Virus record (IMG/VR): IMGVR_UViG_3300037424_000169
Coordinates: 1 to 60,890 of that record
Origin: a virus
Taxonomy: Duplodnaviria; Caudoviricetes
Length of the DNA: 60,890 nucleotides
Reading direction: 5' to 3' (one strand)
Position numbers and translations under genes: made by a program. Of this stretch, positions 1 through 8,503 are shown one piece after another; within the stretch, counting starts at the first letter, position 1; the number at the start of each line of letters is the position of its first letter. Under the pieces are notes generated by a model. It worked only from the letters and a program-made list of their open reading frames with translations, searched no databases and had not been told where the DNA came from.

Positions 1-26
1 TTATCTATGGGAGGGACAAGCAAGAA

Positions 27-224
27 ATGCCAGAAAAACGCTACCTAGTTTATAAATCTTGGAATGGCCAAATTCATACCTCAATTGAGTATGGAAATCA
101 TACTACAGGAGAAGGTAAAAAGAAAAATCAAGATGATATTAAAAGAATTGAACTAAATAGTTTTGACAGTAATGATTTATCTTTATTGGAAGAGTTATAC
201 CCACTAGAGGAAATTAATAAATGA
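27..224 (+). CDS. hypothetical protein
   Basis: ORF with upstream GGAGG; ATGA-type overlap region with next gene. Confidence 0.6.
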   Translation: MPEKRYLVYKSWNGQIHTSIEYGNHTTGEGKKKNQDDIKRIELNSFDSNDLSLLEELYPLEEINK

Positions 225-451
225 AATCCTTATTAATTATTGGTTTATTTATCATGGCTATCCTTCCTGCTTATGTCCTAGATGCTAATGCCCAAGAGCT
301 TATTATTAAAGCTACTCCTGCTGAAGCTGACTTGATTTGGAAGGGTCTTAGAGAATTACCTGTCAAAGACGTTGAGGCTTTAATGGGTAAGATTAGGCAG
401 CAAGTGGCAGAACAGACACAACCTAAGCCGGAATTAAAGAAAGATAAATAA
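221..451 (+). CDS. small exported protein (signal peptide)
   Basis: MKSLLIIGLFIMAILPAYVLDANA-Q: hydrophobic core and A-x-A cleavage site. Confidence 0.6.
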   Translation: MKSLLIIGLFIMAILPAYVLDANAQELIIKATPAEADLIWKGLRELPVKDVEALMGKIRQQVAEQTQPKPELKKDK

Positions 452-453
452 AA

Positions 454-636
454 ATGGATCATCCTTCCCACAAATTGAACGCTTATTGCCAAGACTATAA
501 ACTTCGCACAGTTTATTGTGAATATTGTGAGAAAGAGGAAGGCTTAAATGAGCCTTGTGCTAAAACTTTTTATCAAAATGTGGTTGACTTAAAGATTGAC
601 AATCCCCATACTCAATTTGTTTCGGGTTTACCGTAA
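454..636 (+). CDS. small Cys-rich hypothetical protein
   Basis: CxxC motif; tightly packed ORF. Confidence 0.5.
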   Translation: MDHPSHKLNAYCQDYKLRTVYCEYCEKEEGLNEPCAKTFYQNVVDLKIDNPHTQFVSGLP

Positions 637-666
637 TGAATTTAATCAAAATCGAAAGGGTTAAAA

Positions 667-1293
667 ATGGCTAAGCATAATAAAACTGTGATCGCTGCTC
701 TTAAGCTAATTCAGGAAACCGGGCGTGCCACGCAGGCTGTTGGTGAGCCGCTGGTTAAGCTAGGTTTGATTGAGGTTAATACTGAGGATTTAGATGAAAA
801 TGGCGCGGCTGCTGCCCGCCTTACACAAAAAGGAATTGATGGCATGCCTGTTGATAAGAATAAAAATGAAACCTCTGCTGGTGGATTTGCGTTGATTGAT
901 GGTGTTGTATTGCCGGAAAGTAAGCGTGGGTTTGGTCGTGCTGTTGGTACTTCTAAATATCCGTTTGCTACTATGGATATTGGTAAGACTTTCTATGTTG
1001 GTAATGCCGATGTTGAAGGTGGTGATGCTGTTAAGAAGCTTACTAGTACCGTTTCTAATATGAATAATAAGTACCGCACTGAAACCGGCGAAACCGAGAC
1101 TAAGACCCGTACCAAGCGTGGCGATGGTAACAAAGCTGTACTTGATGAAGCTGGTAATAAAATCAAGGAAACTGTTACGGTTCTTGCTTACAAGCAGGAT
1201 CGTAAGTTCACTATTCGTCCTGCTAAGGCTGGTGAGGTTTATGGCGCTTGGACTTGCCCTGCGGACGGTGCTATCATTCAGCGAACGCTCTGA
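667..1293 (+). CDS. putative DNA-binding protein, probably abundant
   Basis: strong RBS, biased codons, 'SKYPFATMDIGKTFYV' motif seen in phage DNA-binding proteins, followed by a terminator. Confidence 0.6.
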   Translation: MAKHNKTVIAALKLIQETGRATQAVGEPLVKLGLIEVNTEDLDENGAAAARLTQKGIDGMPVDKNKNETSAGGFALIDGVVLPESKRGFGRAVGTSKYPFATMDIGKTFYVGNADVEGGDAVKKLTSTVSNMNNKYRTETGETETKTRTKRGDGNKAVLDEAGNKIKETVTVLAYKQDRKFTIRPAKAGEVYGAWTCPADGAIIQRTL

Positions 1294-1320
1294 TATTGCC
1301 GTATACTTATTGATTGCGCG

Positions 1321-1360
1321 CCGCCTAGGATTGGTTTACCTTTCCTAGGCGGTTTGCTTT
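1321..1360 (+). terminator. intrinsic terminator
   Basis: CCGCCTAGGA...TCCTAGGCGG stem with T-rich tail. Confidence 0.7.
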
Positions 1361-1375
1361 TGGAGATAGTTTTAA

Positions 1376-1609
1376 ATGGATATTTTAAAATTAAAATCTG
1401 GTAGAGAACTACATGTTAACCGTGGTTTTGTTTCTATAAATGAGGATTTGGAAATATCAGAAGGTTATGATAGTGGTTTGCTAGCCGCTCCAAATGAAAA
1501 ATATTATGAGTATGATGAAGATCGTTTAACAAAAGACGAAGCTTTAGAGTTAGCTGATATTTTAATTGATCGTTGGAATAGATTTAAAATTGCTTGCCAA
1601 AAGGATTAA
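1376..1609 (+). CDS. hypothetical protein
   Basis: ORF with GGAG RBS. Confidence 0.6.
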   Translation: MDILKLKSGRELHVNRGFVSINEDLEISEGYDSGLLAAPNEKYYEYDEDRLTKDEALELADILIDRWNRFKIACQKD

Positions 1610-1614
1610 TCTAA

Positions 1615-1863
1615 ATGTCTGACGATATTCCCCGTGGTCCTGAAGATTTGCCGCCTAAGCAATACGTTCGAGATTTTCCGTTAGTTGTTTTAGTTAAAGA
1701 TATTAAAAGTGGTAGGATCATTAGGGAAGAGCATGTAAATTATTCCGATAGTGATGCTAGAAAGTGGATAGGAAAATTAACTTTCTATATGTGCAATCAG
1801 GGATATAGTATTGTCACAATGGCAGAAAAAGATTATCATTCTTTAGAAGATATAAAGCCTTGA
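1615..1863 (+). CDS. hypothetical protein
   Basis: ORF with AGGA RBS. Confidence 0.6.
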   Translation: MSDDIPRGPEDLPPKQYVRDFPLVVLVKDIKSGRIIREEHVNYSDSDARKWIGKLTFYMCNQGYSIVTMAEKDYHSLEDIKP

Positions 1864-1888
1864 CTTTATAAAGTTAATGATATAATGT
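1860..1888 (+). promoter_or_regulatory. sigma70-type promoter for tRNA-Leu
   Basis: TTGACT-N17-TAATGT, overlapping a TATAAT. Confidence 0.55.
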
Positions 1889-1900
1889 GATTTAGTAATA

Positions 1901-1985
1901 GCGGACTTGGCGAAACTGGTAGACGCATTAGGCTTAAGACCTAACACCGTAAGGTATGCCGGTTCGACCCCGGCAGTCCGCACCA
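1901..1985 (+). tRNA. tRNA-Leu(UAA)
   Basis: cloverleaf with long variable arm, anticodon loop CTTAAGA, GGTTCGA T-loop, CCA end. Confidence 0.95.
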
Positions 1986-2008
1986 AAATTTAAAACAGGA
2001 ATTTTAAA

Positions 2009-2254
2009 ATGAATATGACTAATCCTCCTGAATTTACACCATTACGATCAAGTAAAACGGTTGAAATGACGACAATTAAAGGCGACAAAGAAATTGCTAC
2101 TGAGTTACGCCAAAAATTCTTTGATGCTTTAGCTCCGGTGGCTGAATTGATTGCTGAAGCAGAAAGCAATGGGTTTGAAGTTGGCTTTCAATTTGGCAAG
2201 AATGCTTTCGGTAAAGCTCAGATTATGTCAATAAACTTAATGAAGAAGTATTAA
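2009..2254 (+). CDS. hypothetical protein
   Basis: ORF with AGGA RBS. Confidence 0.6.
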   Translation: MNMTNPPEFTPLRSSKTVEMTTIKGDKEIATELRQKFFDALAPVAELIAEAESNGFEVGFQFGKNAFGKAQIMSINLMKKY

Positions 2255-2271
2255 ACTCAGTAACGCCAGAT

Positions 2272-2460
2272 ATGGAAGCCGACATGAGCAACCCCACTCA
2301 AGACGAAATCTATAAAAAGGCAAAAGAATTGGCCTTCAAAGACTGGCCTGCTGCCTTTCCCTATGGTCGCGCGCGATGGGTGCAAGAGAATTACTGCACC
2401 GACCGATACATCACATTGGCGAAGCGCGAATTACAGGCATCTACAGCAATTCGCGCATAA
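2272..2460 (+). CDS. hypothetical protein (locally GC-richer)
   Basis: ORF. Confidence 0.5.
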   Translation: MEADMSNPTQDEIYKKAKELAFKDWPAAFPYGRARWVQENYCTDRYITLAKRELQASTAIRA

Positions 2461-2483
2461 CACGCATTAAGGAAAACTTTAAA

Positions 2484-2705
2484 ATGACACATAAACACAA
2501 CTTCCCTGATTCAAGTTCAATTTCTTGTTGCGAATATGATCCTGCTACTAAGGATATGCACATTACTTTTGTAAGTGGAGGTAAGCATAAATTTAGTGGT
2601 GTTGATCAAGAAGATTTTGATGGGTTTAAAACTGCTGATAGCGTAGGAAAACATTACCATAGCGCCATTAGGCGTAAATATAAAGGTGAGAAAGTGGAGG
2701 AATAA
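2484..2705 (+). CDS. KTSC domain protein
   Basis: SSSI..YDPATKDMHITFVSG...ADSVGKHYH pattern; start reassigned to the ATG after AAGGAA. Confidence 0.85.
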   Translation: MTHKHNFPDSSSISCCEYDPATKDMHITFVSGGKHKFSGVDQEDFDGFKTADSVGKHYHSAIRRKYKGEKVEE

Positions 2706-2849
2706 TTAAATGGTAGTATATCTGATTGTTATGAACCTTTATGGTACTAATGTAACTATGATGCCTTCTGTCCAAATGTGCGAACGAATAGGCAATACAG
2801 TAGTTGCTATGGATAAGAAAAAGAGAACTATTTATAAGTGTGTTAAATA

Positions 2850-2924
2850 GCTGGTTTAGCTCAGTGGTAGAGCAAGACTTTTGTAAAGTCGAGGTCGGAA
2901 GTTCAAATCTTTCAATCAGCACCA
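2850..2924 (+). tRNA. tRNA-Thr(UGU)
   Basis: cloverleaf, anticodon loop TTTGTAA, GTTCAAATC T-loop, CCA end. Confidence 0.92.
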
Positions 2925-2954
2925 AATAAGCATGGTAGGTGTTGCGTCCATGCC

Positions 2955-2996
2955 AAAGCCTCCGGTGATTAATTTCATCGGGGGCTTTTTCTTTTT
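2955..2996 (+). terminator. intrinsic terminator
   Basis: AAAGCCTCCGGTG...CATCGGGGGCTTT followed by a T-run. Confidence 0.75.
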
Positions 2997-3011
2997 ATAA
3001 AAAGCTGTTAT

Positions 3012-3587
3012 GTGTGGGCAATGTTTACGCTTCCTGATAGTTTTGAGGTTCCTCAACCCGTCAAATCGGCTTGGAATATACCTGAGCCGGTAATAGAAAA
3101 TGCTGATGAAAAGAAGCGATTATTTGGGGTTGAATTAGCTAAAAATACCCCGTTTCAAGCGGCCTGCTCAATTTTTAAAGACGACACTAACACAGCCCTA
3201 TGGTGTAGTCACAATTGGGTTAATGATCCTATAGTAGTGGCGTCCAAGGATAAATATTTAGAAGCGGCTGACACTTCTCAAGCTTTGCTTGACAAGGATC
3301 AATTCGCCCGTATGCTGCTCAATATGGCGAATGAAAAAAACGCCAGTAACACTATTCATATATTAGATGGCAAGGACCGCCTAAAAGCTTTAGAGCTTTA
3401 TGCTAAGGTTACAGGACTTATTGATACTAAAGCTGATCCTTTATTAACACAAAATTTTGTTCATAACAGTATGACCATTAAACTAGTTGAGCCTCAAGCT
3501 AAAGAAAAACCAATTACAACAATAGATAATAATGAAGTTCAAAATCAAAATATTAATTCACCCTTAAAACTTAAACTAGTTGGATAA
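3012..3587 (+). CDS. putative terminase small subunit
   Basis: C-terminal 'KDRLKALELYAK' motif typical of TerS; first gene of the virion module; ATG at 3021 is an alternative start. Confidence 0.6.
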   Translation: MWAMFTLPDSFEVPQPVKSAWNIPEPVIENADEKKRLFGVELAKNTPFQAACSIFKDDTNTALWCSHNWVNDPIVVASKDKYLEAADTSQALLDKDQFARMLLNMANEKNASNTIHILDGKDRLKALELYAKVTGLIDTKADPLLTQNFVHNSMTIKLVEPQAKEKPITTIDNNEVQNQNINSPLKLKLVG

Positions 3588-3615
3588 ATCGGCCGATTTA
3601 TTTCAGGAGATTTAA

Positions 3616-4203
3616 ATGAACATTAAGCTTAAAATTTCACTTGCTGCTTTTTCTTTAGTTGCTTTTGCTGGTATTGCTATTGGCCAGAGTGGCCTTTGGC
3701 CTAATTTTCCTATTGTAGGTGGTAGCTCCTACAGTTGTGGTAGCGTTAACGGTGTTAGCAATTGTACTGTTCCTGCTGGCCCTACTGTATTAACTGGTAA
3801 CGAGACTATTCCAGCTAATACTAATCTTTCTCAGGGTCGTAGCCCTCAGAATGTGCTTATTAAACCTGCTAATTTAAATGCTAATCCTCTTACTTTTGTT
3901 ACCGTAACTACTCCCCCGGCTGGCATTAGCGCTTCTAATATAGAAGGCGGAGTTGTTTATACATCATCCACTACTATTACTTCTGCTAATGTTACACTTC
4001 CAGCTAGTGCAATTAATGGCCAGCAGTACCGTATTGCGTCTAATCGAACTATTACTACTTTAACTGTAGACGCTGCTACCGGCGATAGTATCGCAACTAA
4101 TAGCAATCCTACCTCTCTAACTGCTTCTACCACCTCACCTTCAAACTATAATTTTGTTTGTGATAAAACTAGCTTAGTTTGTGTTTGGAAGCGTTTACAG
4201 TAA
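3616..4203 (+). CDS. signal-peptide-bearing Ser/Thr-rich fiber/decoration-like protein
   Basis: N-terminal signal sequence, two Cys pairs, 'ANVTLPAS..NGQQYRI' fiber-like beta domain. Confidence 0.65.
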   Translation: MNIKLKISLAAFSLVAFAGIAIGQSGLWPNFPIVGGSSYSCGSVNGVSNCTVPAGPTVLTGNETIPANTNLSQGRSPQNVLIKPANLNANPLTFVTVTTPPAGISASNIEGGVVYTSSTTITSANVTLPASAINGQQYRIASNRTITTLTVDAATGDSIATNSNPTSLTASTTSPSNYNFVCDKTSLVCVWKRLQ

Positions 4204-4213
4204 GGAATAAAAT

Positions 4214-5329
4214 ATGGGTACGGTTTTAAATTGGGGAAACCCTTTACATAAACCGTACCCATTATTTTTATTAGGATTTGGAGTTATTACAGCTTACATA
4301 CCTGGAATTGTAGGAGCCTCTATATCTACAGGATGGTTATTTTTATTTATATACATTCCTTTTTTATTTTTATACTGTGATAAAATTCGATTTAGATTAG
4401 GATTTATTTTTATTTGTTATGTTATATTATCATTAGTTTGGACTGAAAATTTAAACATAGCTTGGTTTCATCTTTTACAATTGATTATATTAGCCTGTGT
4501 TTTTTGTGTAGGCCAAAATATAAAAGATATAAAACCTATATTTAAAGGTTTGGCATTAGGATTAGGAGTTTCAGCAACTATATCTATTTTTCAATACTTT
4601 GGTTTCTATGGACAAATTTATACAATCACTAAGTCGTTCGCCGGTTTTTTTATAAATCCTAATATATTTAGCGAAGTTTCTGCTGTTATGTTAATTAGCT
4701 TAGTTGTTTTAAAATTATGGTGGTGGATACCAGTTACTTTACCTGGGTTAATATTAGTTCAATCTAGAGCAGCTTATCTAGCGTTGGCTGTTGGTATTTT
4801 TATTTCAGTCTGGAAATATAATAGATATTTAGCATTTACATTATTTAATATAATAATAATTATAGGATTATATTTTTATTGGGATAAATTTAGTTTAGTA
4901 AGTTTTAAAGAACGGCTAGATATGTGGGCAGATACTATACAAGGATTTAATTTTTTTGGTAATGGGGTTGGTTCTTATGAAGTATTATTTCCTTACTACG
5001 CTACACATATAGATACTGAAATAGCTAGACCACGTTATGCCCACAATGACTTATTAAATATTATTTTTGAATTTGGTATAGCTTCAATTTTATTTTTAAT
5101 GGTTTTGTTTAATGCTTTTAAATCAAATAAATCAGAAGTCACCATTTTACTCACAGTTTGTATTATTTCGTTATTTACCTACCCTATGCATATACCAACT
5201 CAAGCTTTTATTGCTTTTTTGGTTGCGGGTTATCTTACTGCTAATATTACCTCTAACAGGGTTGTTTGGGATAATTGGGGATCAAATTTATTTACAAGGC
5301 TTAAAAGAAAGAAATTTTTTAAAGCTTGA
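4214..5329 (+). CDS. O-antigen ligase / O-oligosaccharyltransferase family membrane protein (Wzy_C-like)
   Basis: multi-TM; NPN, SRAA, 'ERLDMW', 'FFGNGVGSY' and 'AHNDLLNIIFEFG' motifs. Confidence 0.85.
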   Translation: MGTVLNWGNPLHKPYPLFLLGFGVITAYIPGIVGASISTGWLFLFIYIPFLFLYCDKIRFRLGFIFICYVILSLVWTENLNIAWFHLLQLIILACVFCVGQNIKDIKPIFKGLALGLGVSATISIFQYFGFYGQIYTITKSFAGFFINPNIFSEVSAVMLISLVVLKLWWWIPVTLPGLILVQSRAAYLALAVGIFISVWKYNRYLAFTLFNIIIIIGLYFYWDKFSLVSFKERLDMWADTIQGFNFFGNGVGSYEVLFPYYATHIDTEIARPRYAHNDLLNIIFEFGIASILFLMVLFNAFKSNKSEVTILLTVCIISLFTYPMHIPTQAFIAFLVAGYLTANITSNRVVWDNWGSNLFTRLKRKKFFKA

Positions 5330-5603
5330 GGTAGCTCGTTATTTTTTCCCATTTGAAAGAGAAATTTTAATTGGTCCTGCTCAATTTTACTTTAGAGAAA
5401 AGATTGCAAATGCTAATTCAGTATCAGTTTATAAAGATGCTTTAAAATATGATCCTTACTCTATTCAATTTTTAGGTGTAGCTATTCAATTAGACTACAT
5501 CTATGGAAATAAAAATGAAGCCTTAATAGGTAAACAAAAATTACAAAAAATAGGTCCAAATTCAAAAGTATTAAAACAGATTAACGCGAAAGGATTTAAA
5601 TAA
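5223..5603 (+). CDS. membrane-anchored TPR-like protein overlapping the ligase gene
   Basis: hydrophobic N-terminus followed by TPR-like 'YKDALKYDPYS'; start uncertain (TTG 5223 or frameshift). Confidence 0.55.
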   Translation: MRVILLLILPLTGLFGIIGDQIYLQGLKERNFLKLEVARYFFPFEREILIGPAQFYFREKIANANSVSVYKDALKYDPYSIQFLGVAIQLDYIYGNKNEALIGKQKLQKIGPNSKVLKQINAKGFK

Positions 5604-6013
5604 TGACCATTCCATCCGGCCCGGTTCCTTCTTTTCCTAACACCATAGGATTGCAAGACGGTAAATCTTTAAATAGGCTCGCTCAATTAATGGGGTCAGT
5701 CCAAAATGGGATTACGGCTCAAGCTGACGGAACTAAAGCTAACGCTACTCAGATTACAGGCGTTAAAGCTCATGTAGCTACGTCTGCTGGCGCTGCTGAT
5801 AGCGTTTTACTTCCTCCTGGTTACCCTGGCTTAGAAGTGACTATTTTTAATGGTGGCGCTAGTAGTATTCAAGTCTTTGGTAGTGGGAGCGACACAATTA
5901 ATGATATTGATACTGACACTGGCGTAACTCAAAATAATGGCATATCTGCTGTTTATACTTGTTACGATGTTGTAGCCGGTGTTGGTATTTGGGGCCGTGT
6001 TCTTTCAGCTTAA
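5603..6013 (+). CDS. virion decoration-like protein (no signal peptide)
   Basis: Gly/Ala/Thr-rich beta protein, 'DSVLLP..GLEVTIFN...IQVF...DTIN'. Confidence 0.6.
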   Translation: MTIPSGPVPSFPNTIGLQDGKSLNRLAQLMGSVQNGITAQADGTKANATQITGVKAHVATSAGAADSVLLPPGYPGLEVTIFNGGASSIQVFGSGSDTINDIDTDTGVTQNNGISAVYTCYDVVAGVGIWGRVLSA

Positions 6014-6023
6014 GAGGTTTAAA

Positions 6024-6728
6024 ATGCAACGTCTAATTTTAGGAATTATCTTAGCGTTGGGCGTTGCTTTTAATGCTTCCGCTCAAATATCCCCACAATG
6101 CTATACTACTAATGGAAGTAACTGTATTAAAGTTGGCACTCCTGAAACTAGTACAGGGGCATGGGGGGCTTTACCTGTTGTTGGTACAGTATCCATTAGT
6201 AGTAGTTCGGTTGATGCAGTTGATGTGACAGGCATAGTTACAGTAAGTAATTTTACAGCATCGGCTTTACAAACTGCTAGTACTCCTACAATAAGTACTT
6301 CTAATTATACAGCCGGTAATTGTATTGGCGGATTTAATGCTGTAACTGTTACTAATAGCAATGGGCAGACTGGATTTTTAACTAATTTTACTGTTACTAA
6401 TATTAGCGGTGCTACTCCTACCCTCACTGTGTTTATTTTTGATAGTCAGCCTACAACATCAACTTGTACTGACAAAAGCACATTTTCTATAAGTGCTACT
6501 GATCTTGATAAATTAATAGCTACTCCTACTGCAATTACGTTAGCTGCTCCAACTAGTGTAACGTCGCCTTCCACCGCGTCTTTAGATTTTACACCGCCGC
6601 GACCGTTTGTTGCTGGTGGTTCTATTTCAAGCGGAGTTAAAACTATTTACTATGGAATAGTAACAACCGCAATTACACCTACGACAACTAACGGGTATCA
6701 TATTAGAATTGGCGCGGCATTGAATTAA
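6024..6728 (+). CDS. signal-peptide-bearing Thr/Ser-rich structural-like protein
   Basis: GAGG RBS; MQRLILGIILALGVAFNASA-Q; four Cys. Confidence 0.7.
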   Translation: MQRLILGIILALGVAFNASAQISPQCYTTNGSNCIKVGTPETSTGAWGALPVVGTVSISSSSVDAVDVTGIVTVSNFTASALQTASTPTISTSNYTAGNCIGGFNAVTVTNSNGQTGFLTNFTVTNISGATPTLTVFIFDSQPTTSTCTDKSTFSISATDLDKLIATPTAITLAAPTSVTSPSTASLDFTPPRPFVAGGSISSGVKTIYYGIVTTAITPTTTNGYHIRIGAALN

Positions 6729-8005
6729 TGAAAAAATTAAAACTATATCTATTTTCATTATTATTACTGTTGAGTAGTGGTTTTAATGCAAACGCATTTA
6801 CTGCTACTCAACAGACTGTTTTGTTTGGTAGTAGTTGCCCTACAATTGGAGGTACTTGTCCATCAATAAATGCTAATTTTACTACTGATAAATATTGGGT
6901 TGAGGGTGTTGGATTTGTACCTTTAACAAGTATTGTTTCGACTAGTAGGGCATCATCTGCTTTATCTCAAGATACTAATGGTACTTGGTATAGTTTTTCA
7001 GCTAATACATTACGTGTTACTAATAAGGGCGCGCTGATCGAGGAAGCGCGGACGAACAAGTGTACGAATTACAATGCTAATCCTCCGGCGTTGGTGGCGA
7101 TGGGCACTGCGGCGGCATTTAATGCTGCCGTGACGAATATTACGGCAGGCGCAGGAACTGGCACTCCCCTATTTGGGGTTGTTGACGATAGCGCGGCTAT
7201 CGCCGCTAGTGGTTTAGCGAATGTCTCCAATGGTAGAACTTACGTTATTGATAATACGCTTGGAACATCTGACTCAAGCTTAACTTTTTCAGGTGTCGCC
7301 GGAAATACTAATACTCACACAATTTCAGCTTACGGGCGAGTTATTGGTACTGCCGGAGCCAACAACAGAATTGAAGTTCAAGATACAACTTCAATAAGAG
7401 CGTCCTTTACTGGTACTACAACTTACACTCGCGTTAGTGCAAGCGGTGTTCCTACAGCCATAAGTTTGCTTCGTGTCCGCGCAATCGCCGGCGCTACTGT
7501 ATACGTCACTCTCAACCAACTCGAAGAAGGCGCATTCGTCACGTCGCCCATTGTGGTTGCTGGCGCTTCCGCCACCCGCGCCGCAGACGTTCCGCAGTTG
7601 ATCGGGCCTGCCTTGACGGCGGCGCTGGCTGCCAAGGCGGCGTTCTTTCAGACGAATGGGATGGCAAATTCAACGGCCCCTAGACCTATTGATAGCTCCA
7701 CCGGGCGCATTCAATTTGACAGCACAACTGTTGTAGATGCTGTAATCGGAGCCAACACAGCGCCTGCAACTTTAGGCGCGGGAACGAGCGCAGGCACAGT
7801 AAAATTTGCTATGGCATTTGATGCTATCAACTTTAGCATGGTGGCAAACGGGGGAACGAAAGTAACTAATGCAAATGCTTTTAGTTTTACGGGCGCGGTA
7901 TACTTAGGAACAAATTTGGCCGCTACTCGTATTATTAACGGCTACATGCAGCGCTTCGCGTTCAGCCCGGTGAAGGGCGTCTTTGACGGAGCTACTAGAC
8001 CATGA
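6728..8005 (+). CDS. signal-peptide-bearing head-spike/fiber-like protein
   Basis: signal ending ANA; 'GALIEEARTN' and 'QLEEGAFVTSPI...ATRAAD' motifs seen in phage/GTA fiber proteins. Confidence 0.7.
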   Translation: MKKLKLYLFSLLLLLSSGFNANAFTATQQTVLFGSSCPTIGGTCPSINANFTTDKYWVEGVGFVPLTSIVSTSRASSALSQDTNGTWYSFSANTLRVTNKGALIEEARTNKCTNYNANPPALVAMGTAAAFNAAVTNITAGAGTGTPLFGVVDDSAAIAASGLANVSNGRTYVIDNTLGTSDSSLTFSGVAGNTNTHTISAYGRVIGTAGANNRIEVQDTTSIRASFTGTTTYTRVSASGVPTAISLLRVRAIAGATVYVTLNQLEEGAFVTSPIVVAGASATRAADVPQLIGPALTAALAAKAAFFQTNGMANSTAPRPIDSSTGRIQFDSTTVVDAVIGANTAPATLGAGTSAGTVKFAMAFDAINFSMVANGGTKVTNANAFSFTGAVYLGTNLAATRIINGYMQRFAFSPVKGVFDGATRP

Positions 8006-8475
8006 AACTCGCCTCCGCACTAACTGCGTCCTTAGTGCTTTTTAGTGCTGTTGCTCATGCTGCACGTGCTGATCAATTTGATTGTATTTTTAAATGGGAT
8101 ACAGTGATTGATGCTAGAGCGGATGTTAAAATGCTTGCTCACTCTATACTAGATGATCAAGGTGTTAGGCAGTTTGTTCAAGACCATGTAATTTCTAATA
8201 TTAAAGTTTGGCGAGCCAGCCAAGATACAGTTGATATTTCTGGTGATACTTTACATAATTACTTACCTGGTTTTTTTGCTTTAATTTCAGTAGATCATAG
8301 GATACCTGTTTTAGAAAATGATCCAGCTTTACAAGTTTGTGTTAATAGAGATAAAATGAACGCTGGTCAAACTCCGTATCTTTTCCTTTCTTCATATTCT
8401 GCTGCGATTTTAAAAGATATTCGTTTTGCTCCTATCTATATGGGAGCTAATTTTCCATTTGGAAGCTTACAATGA
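8002..8475 (+). CDS. exported hypothetical protein
   Basis: MKLASALTASLVLFSAVAHA signal; ATGA overlap. Confidence 0.65.
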   Translation: MKLASALTASLVLFSAVAHAARADQFDCIFKWDTVIDARADVKMLAHSILDDQGVRQFVQDHVISNIKVWRASQDTVDISGDTLHNYLPGFFALISVDHRIPVLENDPALQVCVNRDKMNAGQTPYLFLSSYSAAILKDIRFAPIYMGANFPFGSLQ

Positions 8476-8503
8476 GTATCCCTTTACAAATTAATTTTGC
8501 TTT

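Noticed and set aside
2668-2925. Minus-strand 85-aa ORF
   Set aside because: Antisense shadow of tRNA-Thr.
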